A stretch of 63,701 bases of DNA, filler included, from Actinomycetota bacterium (lineage in GTDB: Bacteria > Actinomycetota > CADDZG01 > JAHWKV01 > JAOPZY01): the NCBI GenBank assembly GCA_025963875.1. It is 7 parts of 7 records of this genome, joined end to end, with 100 filler letters (N's around TTAATTAATTAA, not from the genome) between each part and the next. Parts side by side here need not be neighbours in the genome. Positions count along the whole stretch, not along the records: positions 25,808 to 35,103 come from JAOPZY010000226.1; positions 35,204 to 47,580 come from JAOPZY010000234.1; 5 more parts are not named here. One strand, written 5' to 3'. A program made the position numbers and the translations under genes. Positions within the stretch are counted from its first letter, which is position 1. The number at the start of each line of letters is the position of its first letter. Below the pieces are notes generated by a model. That model was not told the origin of the DNA and did not search any database. It saw only the letters and a program-made list of their open reading frames with translations. Below, in pieces: positions 34,536-44,695 of this stretch.

Positions 34536-35103
34536 ATGCCGACGACGGTCTGGTCCACCCAGCAGCTCGCCGAGTTCCTCGCAGCGGTCTCGTCATCCGA
34601 GACGGAAGCCTCGGCGGCGCTCACAGCTGTCGAACGAGCGGCGGAGGCACTCGAGGCGGAGGTAGCTGCCATCGTCTGTGGCGGCGAGGTCGTGGCCGCC
34701 GTCGGGTACCCGGAGGCAGCCGCACCTGCCGCTGAGCTCATCTCCGTGGCGGCAGGGGGCGCCGGCGCTGAGCTCACCGTCCCCGGCGTCGGTGCTTGCC
34801 GGGTGACCGGCGTGCCGCTCGAGCACCCGCCGGGGGGGATCCTCGTCCTTGCGCGGTCCGGATCCGAGGGCCTCAGCGCTGAGGAAGCCAGCCTGCTGCG
34901 CGGGATGGCCAGCGTCACCTCGTTGACGATGCGGATGTTGCGCCTGCTCGACGACGAGCGCGCGGCGCATGAGGAAAGCGAGCGTCAGGCCGCCGAGAAC
35001 GCCCGCCTGCTGGGGACGCTGAGCGAACACACGGGGATGCTCGAGCGGCTCGCCGAGGAACAGGCAGGGCTGCGCCGCGTTGCCACGCTCGTGGCGGCCC
35101 AGG
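34536..35103 (+). CDS. GAF-type sensor protein, probably a histidine kinase (3' truncated)
   Basis: WSTQQLAEFLAAV..., LAEEQAGLRRVATLVA. Confidence 0.7.
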
Positions 35104-35203
35104 NNNNNNNNNNNNNNNNNNNNNNNNNNNNNNNNNNNNNNNNNNNNTTAATTAATTAANNNNNNNNNNNNNNNNNNNNNNNNNNNNNNNNNNNNNNNNN
35201 NNN
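35104..35203. other. Artificial contig linker
   Basis: N-run with TTAATTAATTAA. Confidence 0.99.
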
Positions 35204-35740
35204 CTGCGGGTCCGTGTCGAGCAGGTGCGGCGACAGCCCCTCGCCCCGCAGCACGAGGAGCGCGCGGTGCTCGCGCTCGGTCTCCAGGAAGACCTCGACG
35301 CCCTCGGGAGGCTGCAGCCACGCCAGGATCTTCACGCAGAGCCGTGAGTTGTCGTCGGTCGAGAGGCGCCCGGCCCGCCGGTCGGCGATGTTGCCGTTGG
35401 GGTCGAGCGTGCAGAAGTTGACCCGGGCCGCCACGTCGCCGGGCTTGAGCGGGAAGCCCACGCCGGCGGCAGAGAGCGCTCCTCGCCCGAGTTCGTAGAC
35501 GAGGGGGTCGTAGCCGAAGACCGCCAGGTGGCCGGCGCCGCTGCCGGACGTGACGCCCGGGGCGATCACCGTATGGAGGCCGCTCGACCCCTCGAGGGCC
35601 AGGCGATCCATGTTGGGCGTCGTTGCGGCGTGCAGCTCGGAGCCCCGCTCGTCGGTGCGGACGCCACCCAGGCCGTCGATGAGGACCAGGACGATCTTGG
35701 TTGTCCCCTCCGTCACGAGCCGCGGAACGATCTCGGTCAT
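35204..35740 (-). CDS. apgM: 2,3-BPG-independent phosphoglycerate mutase, archaeal type (3' truncated)
   Basis: IDGLGG, TPNMD, GSGAGHLAVFGYDP, GRGAL, DRRAGR, DTDPQ. Confidence 0.9.
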
Positions 35741-35795
35741 GGCGGGGAGTGTAGCGGCCGGGCCAGAGGGCTACCGGCCCGAAGCCAGGCCCGCC

Positions 35796-38700
35796 TCAGG
35801 AGCCGCGGACGGCAAACACCTCCAGATGTCCCGTGGCGCCGGAGACGGCGGTCACCGACGTGACCGTGGCCGGCGCGTTGTCGAAGTTGGGGGCCCATCC
35901 GTGCCAGGCGCCCTGCCCGTCCAGCCAGTCGTGGTAGAGGGTGCCGTCGGCGCCAACTGCGAAGACCTCAAGGTGCCCGGTGGCCCCCATCGCAGCGTTG
36001 ACCGACTGCATCTTGGCGGGCGCGTTGTCGAAGTTCGCCACCCACCCGTGCCACCCACCCTTCCCGTCCAGCCAGTCGTGGTAGAGGGTCCCGTCGGCGC
36101 CGACGGCGAAGACCTCCAGGTCTTTCGTGGCCCCCATGACGGCGGTCGCCGACTGCATCTTCGCCGGCGCGTTGTCGAAGTTGGGGGCCCATCCGTGCCA
36201 GGTCCCCTGCCCGTCCAGCCAGTCGTGGTACAGCGTGCCGTCGGCGCCGACTGCGAAGACCTCGAGGTGCCCGGTGGCCCCCATCGCCGCAGAGGCCGAC
36301 TGCATCTGGGCCGGCGCGTTGTCGAAGTTGGCGGCCCACCCGTGCCAGGCCCCCTGCCCGTCCAGCCAGTCGTGGTACAAGGTCCCGTCGGCGCCCACCG
36401 CGAAGACTTCCAGGCTGTTCGTCGCCCCCATGACGGCGCTGACCGACTGCATCTTGGCCGGCGCGTTGTCGAAGTTGGCGGCCCACCCGTGCCAGGTGCC
36501 TTTCCCGTCCAGCCAGTCGTGGTAGAGGGTGCCGTCGGCGCCAACTGCGAAGACCTCGAGGTGCCCGGTGGCCCCCATCGCAGCGCTGACCGACTGCATC
36601 TTGGCCGGCGCGTTGTCGAAGTTGGGGGCCCACCCGTGCCAGGCCCCCTGCCCGTCCAGCCAGTCGTGGTACAGCGTCCCGTCGGCGCCGATGGCGAAGA
36701 CCTCGAGGTGAGCCGTGGCCCCCATGGCGGCGGCCACCGACTCCATCTTGGCCGGCGCGTTGTCGAAGTTGCCGGTCCAGCCGTGCCATGCGCCCTGGGT
36801 GTCGAGCCAATCGTGGTCGAGATTCCCGCCGAGCCATGAGTCCCTCACCTGGATGCGGTTCTCGTAGCCGTTCACGCCGACGAAGAGGTCCAGCCCGTCG
36901 CTCGCAAGGCGGGTGTCGTACTCCCCCACGCCAACGAGATAGGTGAGCAGCAGGTTGTGCAGGATGCGGCCGGTGCTCGGCTCGATCTGGTAGACGTAGC
37001 CGTTGCACCCTGCGAAGAGGTGCCCTCGCTGCGACAGCATGCTCACCGGATGGTAGAGCGTCGATCCGAGCCCCACGTTCCACGCCGAGCGAGACCAGTC
37101 GCCGAGGGAGACGCCGTACGCGTAGCCGTGGACCCCGACGAACAGCGTGGCGCCGTCGGTGGCCAGCCGGGTGTCGTAGTCGCCCACCCCGACGCTGCCG
37201 GTGACGAGCAGGCTGTGCAGCTGCTGGCCGGACGTGGGGTTGATCTCGTAGACGTAGCCGTTCGAGCCGGCGAAGAGCCTCGAGCCGGAGACCAGCACGC
37301 TGACCGGCTGGTAGGCGCCGGTCCCGCCCACGCCGGTGTCCCACTTGGAGCTGCCCCAGTTGCTGAGGGAGACCCCGTACACGTAGCCGTGGACCCCGAC
37401 GAACAAGGTGGCGCCGTCGGTGGTCAGCCGGGTCTCGTAGTTGCCGGTCCCGAACCGGCTCGTGACGAGGAGGTCGTGGATGACCGTGCCCGACGTGGGA
37501 TTGATCTCGTAGACGTGCCCGTTCGAGCCGGCGAGGAGCCTCGAGCCCGAGACCAGGACGCTGACCGGCTGGTAGGCGCCGGTTCCTCCGACGCCGACGT
37601 TCCATGCGGTGCGGCTCCAGTCGCTCAGGGCGATGCCGTAGATAAAGCCGTGCACGCCGACGAACAGGGAGGTGCCGTCGGTGGCCAGCCGGGTGTCGTA
37701 GTCGCCGACGCCCACGCTGTCGGTCACGAGGAGGCTGTGGATGACGCTCCCGGTCCTGGGATTGAGCTCGAACACGTAGCCGTTGGACCCCACGAAGAGC
37801 CGGTCCCCTGCGAACAGCGAGTTGACCGCCTCGAAGCGGGCCCTGGGGAGGCTCTTGCTCCAGACGCTGGCGAATTCCTGGTCCTGGGACACGATGCCAA
37901 GCCGCGGCGAGGCCAGCGCGGCGAGGATCGTCTTCAACGCCGCGCCGAAGCCGGGAAAGCTCGTGTCGACGCAGTACTGCTTCTGGCTGTCGTTCCACGC
38001 CTGGAGGTCCTGCAGGGTCGTGGCGCTGGGGCCGGCCTTCGTGGGGAAGTGCTGGCGGATCTGCTCGGTGGTGATCGACGTGGTCCCCGTGTTGAGGATG
38101 TCCAGCATCGCCTGCTGCGACATCTGCGCCGTCTCGCTCGTGGCCTGCACGCCCTCGCCGCCGTTGGCGCCGGTGAAGAGCGTGTCGTCGCCCCAGACCT
38201 CGAAGCCCGCGGGGTGCGCGATCGAGCTCACCCACGCCGAGACTTCGTTGTAGTGGTCGTGGAGGTTCGCCGAGGCGAGTTGCGTGGCGGCGCTGGTGAG
38301 GAAGGTCAGGTAGTTCTGGTACGCCTGGGCCTGCGGCGTGGATCCGTCGGCGACGACGCCGCTGGCAAGGATGCGGGCCACGACGGTGGCGGCCTCCTGG
38401 GCGGTCTGCGGGTCATTGGACGGCCCGGGATACGAGGGGTTGTAGAGCCAGCGGCCGCCCAGCGAGGGCTGGTGGGCCACGGTCATGTCCTTGATGCTCT
38501 CCCAATCCGCCACCGGGAGCAGGGTCTGGTTGGCGGCCCACTCGATGAACCACTGCATGACCAGCGTCTTGTTCACGAGATGGCCGGCGGCGAAGGAGTC
38601 CTGGAGGAAGTGGTCGGCGTACCCGGCGTAGGCCCACGCCTGGGCCGTGAGCGCGGGGTCCTTGCTCGCGTGGGCACGCTGGGCAAGGTCCCGGGCGATC

Positions 38701-39719
38701 AGGTGGGACGCCTGCCACCGGTACCAGGAGAAGGGGGCGAAATGGCAGGCGTTGCGGGCGAGCAGGCCCTGGTAATGGTCCTGGCCGCCCGGCCCCAGGC
38801 CGAAGGTGAGCTCGTCGAGGGCCTGCGTCTCGAGGAGCGCGTTGAGCATGCTCAGCTTCCAGGGAGGTGAGGCGGAGTCCTTGAAGGTGACGTTGGGGTT
38901 GGTGCCCGTTGCGATGTTGGTGAGTTGGTTGTATCCCTCCTGCCGGATGACCTGGAGGATCGGCAGCAGGATGCCCGGTCCCACGCCGTCGAAGGCGGGG
39001 GCGTCGGCCAGGTAGTCGGGAAGGGCGTTCAGCTCCCCGTAGGTCGCCAGCAGGTTGCCGGGGCCGATCCGCAGCGTCCGGATCCACGGGCAGAGACCGT
39101 GGACGTCGGCCTCCGTGACGCTGCCCGGATTGTCCTTCCACTTGCTCAGCAGCGCGATCTGGTTGGACAGGAACGGGCCCCGGTTCGGGCCGCCTGTGGA
39201 GATGGCGACGAGGTCGGCGGTTGGTCCGTCTCCGAGCAGGCGGTGCTCGAACGAGACGTGGCGCTGGATCACCTGCGGTCCGGACCGCTGGACGGGGGAC
39301 CGCAGCGGTGCCGGCGTCCCGGCAAGCGCCCTGACGGCACCGAGGTCCGCCTCTCGCTCCCAGGGATCGCCCGGGACGCTCACGCTCCAGCCCGCGGTCG
39401 GACTCCCCGCCGCTACGGCGGGTTGCTGCAGGGTGTGGGTGGCTTCGTGGACCAGCAACGCCAGCCCGTCGCGCGTGTCGGGGCGGTAGGCGCCGTCGCG
39501 GAAGAAGATGTGGTGGGACCAGGCGAAGGCGTCGGCCCCGATGGCGCGAGCCATCCGGTCCGCCGCCAACCCTTCGTGGATGCGGACGTCGGAGAGGTCT
39601 GCTCCGAGGCTGCGCTCCAGCCCTTCCCGGAGGCGGCGGGGGAGCGGGGAGCCGCCCTGCGCCTCGGCCGGCACTTGGCGTGCGATCCGCTGCGTGTCCA
39701 AGATATCCGTTCTGTTCAA
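35796..39719 (-). CDS. DUF4157 protein with Zn-phospholipase-C-like domain, PQQ-like propeller and 7 lectin-like repeats
   Basis: GADLSDVRIH..HEATHTLQQ; HFLQDSFAAGH; 4 x ~87-aa and 7 x 49-aa repeats; AGGAGG before the TTG. Confidence 0.85.
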   Translation of the reverse strand: MNRTDILDTQRIARQVPAEAQGGSPLPRRLREGLERSLGADLSDVRIHEGLAADRMARAIGADAFAWSHHIFFRDGAYRPDTRDGLALLVHEATHTLQQPAVAAGSPTAGWSVSVPGDPWEREADLGAVRALAGTPAPLRSPVQRSGPQVIQRHVSFEHRLLGDGPTADLVAISTGGPNRGPFLSNQIALLSKWKDNPGSVTEADVHGLCPWIRTLRIGPGNLLATYGELNALPDYLADAPAFDGVGPGILLPILQVIRQEGYNQLTNIATGTNPNVTFKDSASPPWKLSMLNALLETQALDELTFGLGPGGQDHYQGLLARNACHFAPFSWYRWQASHLIARDLAQRAHASKDPALTAQAWAYAGYADHFLQDSFAAGHLVNKTLVMQWFIEWAANQTLLPVADWESIKDMTVAHQPSLGGRWLYNPSYPGPSNDPQTAQEAATVVARILASGVVADGSTPQAQAYQNYLTFLTSAATQLASANLHDHYNEVSAWVSSIAHPAGFEVWGDDTLFTGANGGEGVQATSETAQMSQQAMLDILNTGTTSITTEQIRQHFPTKAGPSATTLQDLQAWNDSQKQYCVDTSFPGFGAALKTILAALASPRLGIVSQDQEFASVWSKSLPRARFEAVNSLFAGDRLFVGSNGYVFELNPRTGSVIHSLLVTDSVGVGDYDTRLATDGTSLFVGVHGFIYGIALSDWSRTAWNVGVGGTGAYQPVSVLVSGSRLLAGSNGHVYEINPTSGTVIHDLLVTSRFGTGNYETRLTTDGATLFVGVHGYVYGVSLSNWGSSKWDTGVGGTGAYQPVSVLVSGSRLFAGSNGYVYEINPTSGQQLHSLLVTGSVGVGDYDTRLATDGATLFVGVHGYAYGVSLGDWSRSAWNVGLGSTLYHPVSMLSQRGHLFAGCNGYVYQIEPSTGRILHNLLLTYLVGVGEYDTRLASDGLDLFVGVNGYENRIQVRDSWLGGNLDHDWLDTQGAWHGWTGNFDNAPAKMESVAAAMGATAHLEVFAIGADGTLYHDWLDGQGAWHGWAPNFDNAPAKMQSVSAAMGATGHLEVFAVGADGTLYHDWLDGKGTWHGWAANFDNAPAKMQSVSAVMGATNSLEVFAVGADGTLYHDWLDGQGAWHGWAANFDNAPAQMQSASAAMGATGHLEVFAVGADGTLYHDWLDGQGTWHGWAPNFDNAPAKMQSATAVMGATKDLEVFAVGADGTLYHDWLDGKGGWHGWVANFDNAPAKMQSVNAAMGATGHLEVFAVGADGTLYHDWLDGQGAWHGWAPNFDNAPATVTSVTAVSGATGHLEVFAVRGS
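35799..36827 (-). repeat. Seven tandem 147-bp coding repeats
   Basis: Unit GTLYHDWLDGQGAWHGWAPNFDNAPAKMQSVSAAMGATGHLEVFAVGAD. Confidence 0.95.
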
Positions 39720-39925
39720 GGTGAAGCCTCCTGGCTGTTTTGGGCCCGCGCGGGCAGATACCCGGCCCGAGCCAATCTGGGGAAATCGCTAGAGAAGCGG
39801 ATTCAAGTGATTGTGTTTGTACAGCCGATCCAAGTGGTTCGTCAATATGGTTGTAAGAGTCTTCCTGATGTCGGAAGAACTACATGGGTGCAATTTGAGG
39901 CCGGGTGCACTAGCATCCCTTGGGA

Positions 39926-42900
39926 ATGTTCCTCAAATCCATGACGCTGCGTGGGTTCAAGTCCTTTGCGGACAAGACCACGCTCGCCCTCGAGCCGGGG
40001 ATCAGCATCATCGTCGGCCCCAACGGCTCGGGGAAGTCCAACGTCATCGATGCCATCTCCTGGGTCCTCGGTGAGCAGGGCCCCCGGTCGCTGCGGGGCG
40101 GGCGGATGGAGGACGTCATCTTCGCCGGCACCCAGCGCCGCCCTGCGCTCGCCATGGCCGAGGTCAGCCTGACGATCGACAACACGGCGGGCGACCTCCC
40201 CCTGGAGTTCACCGAGGTCACGATCACCCGGACCCTCTTCCGGTCGGGGGAGGCCGAGTACCGCCTGAACGGGCTGCCGTGCCGGCTGCTGGACATCCGG
40301 GAGGTGCTGTCCGACGGCGGCATCGGGCGGGAGCAGCACACGATCATCGGCCAGGGCCACCTCGACGAGATGCTCACCGCCGACCCGATCCAGATCCGGG
40401 CCTCCATCGAGGAGGCCGCCGGCGTGGCGAAGCACCGCCGCCGCAAGGAGCGGGCGCTGCGCCGCATCGCCGCCACGGACGCAAACCTCGTCCGCATCTC
40501 CGACGTGCTCTCGGAGGTCCGCCGGCTGCTGCGCCCGCTTCGGGAGCAGGCCGAGATCGCCAAGCGCCATGCCTCGGTGGTCGAGGAGCTGGAGCGCATC
40601 CAGGTGATCCTTGCCGCCAGGGAGCTGGGAGAGATCCGTCGCCGCCTCGGCCCCGACGGTGCCGTGGACCTGGAGGGCCCCATCCGCGCTGCCGAGCTCG
40701 ACGTGGCAGCCCTCGATGCCACCCTCGCCGAGGTAGGCCGCCGTCGGGCGGAGGCGGCCGGGCGCACGGAGCGGGGACGGGAGGTTGCCTGGTCGCTCAA
40801 CCGCCTCGCGGAGCGCCTCGGGTCGCTTGCCCGCCTGGCCCACGAGCGGGACCGCAGCCTGTCGGCCGAGCTGGCCGGCATCACCGAGGCCGGGGCGCAG
40901 GCCCGCCTCGACGAGCTTGCCCGGGAACTGGCCGGGGCCGAGCCGCTGCTCGAGGAGGCGGCGGCCGCTGCGGAGTCTGCCGAGGCCCGGGTCGCCACCC
41001 GCCGGGAGGCTCTTGCCCAGGCCGAGGCGACGCTGAGCGGCGTCCAGGCGAGGGTCCTGCCGCTCCGCAATGCCCAGCGCGAGGCCCAGGGCATCGTGGT
41101 CCAGGCACGCGGCGAGCTCGCGACGCTCATGGCGTCGATGGAGGCTGCCGAGGCGGAGCAGGGCCGGGCGGACGAGCGGCGCAGGGCCCTCGACGAGGCC
41201 AGGCGTCGGGCATTGGCGGCGCTCGAGGAGTCCCGGGTGGCGCTGGCCGAGCTGGAGGCCGCCGAGGCGCCCCATGTGGAGGTGATCGCAGAGCTCGAGG
41301 AACGGCTCGAGACGGCCGAGCAGGAGCGCCAGGCCGGGTTGTCGGCGCTTGCCGGCGCCGAGCGCGAGGCCGCCACCTGGCGTGCCCGGGCCCAGGTACG
41401 CGACGGCGCATCGCCCGAGGCGGCGAGGCGCATCGCCGCCAGCGGCCTCCTCGGCGTTATCGGCGTCCTGTCGGACCTCGTCCAGATCACACCGGCCTCC
41501 AAGGCCGCCCTCGAGGCGCTGGTCGGCCCCGCCGGCAGCGTCCTCGTGGTCGAAGACGCCGCCGCGGCGGAGCGAGCTCTCCAGGCGGCGGGAGCCGGGG
41601 AGCCGCTCGGCATCCTCGTCGCCTCGGGCGCCGACGCGCCCATGCTCGGTGGGCGCCCCCTGGCCGACCTCCTTCGCCCGATCTCGGGCCCGGCGGCGGC
41701 GGCGCTGGCCGGGGTGTATCTGGCCAGGGGAGCGGCGGAGGCCGCCCGGCTCGCGGGCGAGCATCCCGAGGCGGTGTTCGTGACGCTGGACGGGGTCATG
41801 GCCACCGGCCGGCTGCTGGTCAGCACGTCGGCGGCGGCCGGTGCCAGGGCCGCCGAGGCCGAGGCGCAGCTTGCCGGCGCCCGTGACCACCTGTCGGCGG
41901 TCGAGGCGGAGATCGCTGCCCTGCGCCGGACGTTCGGGGAGGCGGCCTCGGTGCTGAACCGTGCCGACGCCGACATCGCCGCAGCATCGGACCGCGCCGC
42001 CTCGGCGGAGCGGGAGCTCCACGCCCTCGATCGCGAGGCAGGCGTCATGGACGAGGGAAGTCAGCGGACCGCCGACTCCACGAGCACCCTCGCCGGGCGG
42101 ATCACCGACCTGGAGCGCGGGCTCCTGGACGCCCGGGCCCGAGCCGACGCCGCCGCCAGGGAACTCGAGACCTATGCCGACGAGCAGGTGGTCGCCGCCC
42201 GGGTTCGGGGTGAGGCGGCCGGAGCCCTCGACGAGGCACGGCTGGCTGCGGCGAGGGCAGCAGAGCGCCATCGCCTCCTGGTCGAGCGGTGCGGTGAGCT
42301 GCGGTCGGCCCTGGAGCGGGCAGCCGCCGAGGCCGCAAAGATCGGGGGCCGGCGAGCCGACCTGGCCGCCCGCCTGGAGCGGGCACGGTCGGTGTTCGCG
42401 TCGGCGGGCATCCTCGGCGACGGGGCGGGGGTCTGGGCCGCCGAGGCCGAGGAGGTGTACCGGGCCTGCGGACGTGCAACCGCCGAGGCGGACGCAGCGG
42501 TCTCGGGGCTGCAGGAGCGCCGTGCCTCGCTGGTCGGCGCAGTGGACGCCCTGCGGGAGAGGGCCCGGACCGAGGGCCTGGCCGCGGCGGAGCTGCGGAT
42601 CCGCTCCCGCATCATCGAGGAGCGGTGGGGGCAGGAGGGCCGCGACGTCGAAGCCCTCGTCGAGCGGTTCGGGCAGCGCCTCGAGGACGAGGACCCGACG
42701 TCCCTCATGGACCCCTGGGACCGATCCGCCGCCGCCGAAGACGAGGCGCTGCAGCGGCGCCAGGCCCGCCTCGAGCGAGACCTGGCGGCGATGGGAAGGG
42801 TCAACCCGCTCGCGGCTGCCGAGTTCGAGGCACTGACCGAACGGGAGCAGTTCCTCACCTCCCAGATCGCTGATGTCCGCACGAGCCGCCGGGACCTGCT

Positions 42901-43453
42901 CAAGGTGGTCGCCGAGGTGGACGACCGCATCCGGGAGCTGTTCCTCGGCGCCTTTTCCGATGTGGCCCGCGAATACGAGCACGTCTTCTCGACCCTGTTC
43001 CCCGGCGGCGTCGGGCGGTTGCGCCTGACGGACCCCGCCGACGTGCTCGAGACCGGCGTCGAGGTCGAGGCCCGGCCCGGCGGCAAGAACCTGCGGCGCC
43101 TGTCGCTGCTGTCCGGCGGCGAGCGAGCCCTGGCAGGGCTGGCGCTCGCCTTCGCCATCTTCCGCGCCCGGCCTTCGCCGTTCTACGTGCTCGACGAGGT
43201 GGAGGCGGCGCTCGACGACGTCAACCTGCACCGGTTCCTCGGCCTGCTCCGGGAGTTCCGCACCAGCTCGCAGCTCATCGTCGTCACCCATCAGAAGCGG
43301 ACAATGGAGCTGGCGGACATCCTCTACGGCATCTCCGTTCGCTCGGACGGCGCGAGCCGGGTAATCTCGGAGCGGTTGCGCTCCCTGCCGGGGTCACCCG
43401 AGGGAATCGTCGGTCGGGACCTCGCCGACCGCTCGCTGCCGCTGGAGAACTGA
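39926..43453 (+). CDS. smc: Chromosome segregation protein SMC
   Basis: GFKSF, GPNGSGKSN, coiled coils, LSGGE, LDEVEAALD. Confidence 0.95.
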   Translation: MFLKSMTLRGFKSFADKTTLALEPGISIIVGPNGSGKSNVIDAISWVLGEQGPRSLRGGRMEDVIFAGTQRRPALAMAEVSLTIDNTAGDLPLEFTEVTITRTLFRSGEAEYRLNGLPCRLLDIREVLSDGGIGREQHTIIGQGHLDEMLTADPIQIRASIEEAAGVAKHRRRKERALRRIAATDANLVRISDVLSEVRRLLRPLREQAEIAKRHASVVEELERIQVILAARELGEIRRRLGPDGAVDLEGPIRAAELDVAALDATLAEVGRRRAEAAGRTERGREVAWSLNRLAERLGSLARLAHERDRSLSAELAGITEAGAQARLDELARELAGAEPLLEEAAAAAESAEARVATRREALAQAEATLSGVQARVLPLRNAQREAQGIVVQARGELATLMASMEAAEAEQGRADERRRALDEARRRALAALEESRVALAELEAAEAPHVEVIAELEERLETAEQERQAGLSALAGAEREAATWRARAQVRDGASPEAARRIAASGLLGVIGVLSDLVQITPASKAALEALVGPAGSVLVVEDAAAAERALQAAGAGEPLGILVASGADAPMLGGRPLADLLRPISGPAAAALAGVYLARGAAEAARLAGEHPEAVFVTLDGVMATGRLLVSTSAAAGARAAEAEAQLAGARDHLSAVEAEIAALRRTFGEAASVLNRADADIAAASDRAASAERELHALDREAGVMDEGSQRTADSTSTLAGRITDLERGLLDARARADAAARELETYADEQVVAARVRGEAAGALDEARLAAARAAERHRLLVERCGELRSALERAAAEAAKIGGRRADLAARLERARSVFASAGILGDGAGVWAAEAEEVYRACGRATAEADAAVSGLQERRASLVGAVDALRERARTEGLAAAELRIRSRIIEERWGQEGRDVEALVERFGQRLEDEDPTSLMDPWDRSAAAEDEALQRRQARLERDLAAMGRVNPLAAAEFEALTEREQFLTSQIADVRTSRRDLLKVVAEVDDRIRELFLGAFSDVAREYEHVFSTLFPGGVGRLRLTDPADVLETGVEVEARPGGKNLRRLSLLSGGERALAGLALAFAIFRARPSPFYVLDEVEAALDDVNLHRFLGLLREFRTSSQLIVVTHQKRTMELADILYGISVRSDGASRVISERLRSLPGSPEGIVGRDLADRSLPLEN

Positions 43454-43527
43454 CGGCTGTCGTTCGCCGTTGCCGGCGGTGGGGATATTCGAGTCGTTGG
43501 AGATGTTGAGGAGATAAGGCGGGCTCC

Positions 43528-44661
43528 GTGACGTTCATCACCCTGTTCTTCGTGGCTGCGGCTGTCGTGCTGGCGCTCACCATTGGCCTGGCCCTTCTGG
43601 TTGCTGGCCGCTCCTCCACCGCCGTCGCCCCGCCCCCGGCGCCGCCGAAAGCTCCCCCGGCGCCACCCCCGAAAGCACCCCCTGCGGCGCCGCCTGCGCC
43701 CAAACCGGTCCCCGAGGTCGTCGAAGCGCCCCCGGGGATCGAGCCCGAGGTAAAGCCGAGCGTCGCCACCCGGCTGCTGCGCAGCCTGACCCGCAGCAGG
43801 GCGGTGCTCGGAGAGCGTCTCGGCGCCATCATGACGAGGGGGAAGCTCGACGAGGAGGCCTGGGAGGAGGTGGAGGAGGCCCTCATCCGGGCCGATGTCG
43901 GGGTCCCCGCCACCGACGCCATTCTCGAGTCCCTCCGGCGCCAGAAGCTGAAGCCGGAGGACCTGGGCGAGGCCCTGCGCGCCGAGCTCGTCGGCATCCT
44001 CGACCGCACTGACCGTACGTTCCGCTTCTCCGACAAGGGCCCGAGCGTCTGGTTGGTGGCGGGCGTCAACGGCACCGGCAAGACCACCTCCATCGCCAAG
44101 CTCGCCAAGATGCTGCAGGACGAGGGCAGGACCGTCGTCCTCGCCGCCGCGGATACGTTCCGAGCCGCGGCGATCGACCAGCTCGGGACCTGGGCGGAAC
44201 GCCTCAACATCCACATGATCCGCCACGCTCCGGGCGCCGACCCCGGCGCCGTCGTCTTCGACGCCGTCGAGTACGCGGTAGCCAGGTCCATCGACGTGGT
44301 GATCGTCGACACCGCCGGCCGTCTGCACACCAAGTCGCCGCTGATGGACGAGCTGAAGAAGATCCGCCGCATCGCCGAGCGCAAGGGCGAGGTCACCGAG
44401 GCGCTCCTCGTGCTCGACGCCACGGTGGGCCAGAACGGCATCGCCCAGGCCCGCACCTTCGGCGAGGCGATCCAGGTCACCGGCGTGGTCCTGACCAAGC
44501 TCGACGGCTCCGCCCGCGGCGGCATCGTCGTGGCCGTCCAGGAGGAGCTCGGCATCCCGGTCAAGGCGGTCGGCATCGGCGAGCAGATGACCGACCTGGA
44601 GCTCTTCGACCCGAAAGCCTTCGTCGACGCCCTCGTCGAGGTCCCCAGGGACGCCGCCTGA
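43528..44661 (+). CDS. ftsY: SRP receptor FtsY
   Basis: GVNGTGKTT, DTFRAAA, DTAGR, TKLDGSARGG. Confidence 0.96.
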   Translation: MTFITLFFVAAAVVLALTIGLALLVAGRSSTAVAPPPAPPKAPPAPPPKAPPAAPPAPKPVPEVVEAPPGIEPEVKPSVATRLLRSLTRSRAVLGERLGAIMTRGKLDEEAWEEVEEALIRADVGVPATDAILESLRRQKLKPEDLGEALRAELVGILDRTDRTFRFSDKGPSVWLVAGVNGTGKTTSIAKLAKMLQDEGRTVVLAAADTFRAAAIDQLGTWAERLNIHMIRHAPGADPGAVVFDAVEYAVARSIDVVIVDTAGRLHTKSPLMDELKKIRRIAERKGEVTEALLVLDATVGQNGIAQARTFGEAIQVTGVVLTKLDGSARGGIVVAVQEELGIPVKAVGIGEQMTDLELFDPKAFVDALVEVPRDAA

Positions 44662-44695
44662 CGGAGGTCCGGTGCGGCCCCCGTAGAATGGCCAC

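Noticed and set aside
35799..36827. Regular DNA repeats as a possible CRISPR array
   Set aside because: In-frame 147-bp coding units with no unique spacers and no cas genes
39842..43291. 1149-aa antisense ORF and many similar long shadow ORFs (e.g. 19930-21882, 14505-16319)
   Set aside because: They mirror well-supported genes; an expected artefact of high-GC codon bias
43620..43710. PPKAPPA repeats in FtsY
   Set aside because: Ordinary low-complexity linker after the membrane anchor
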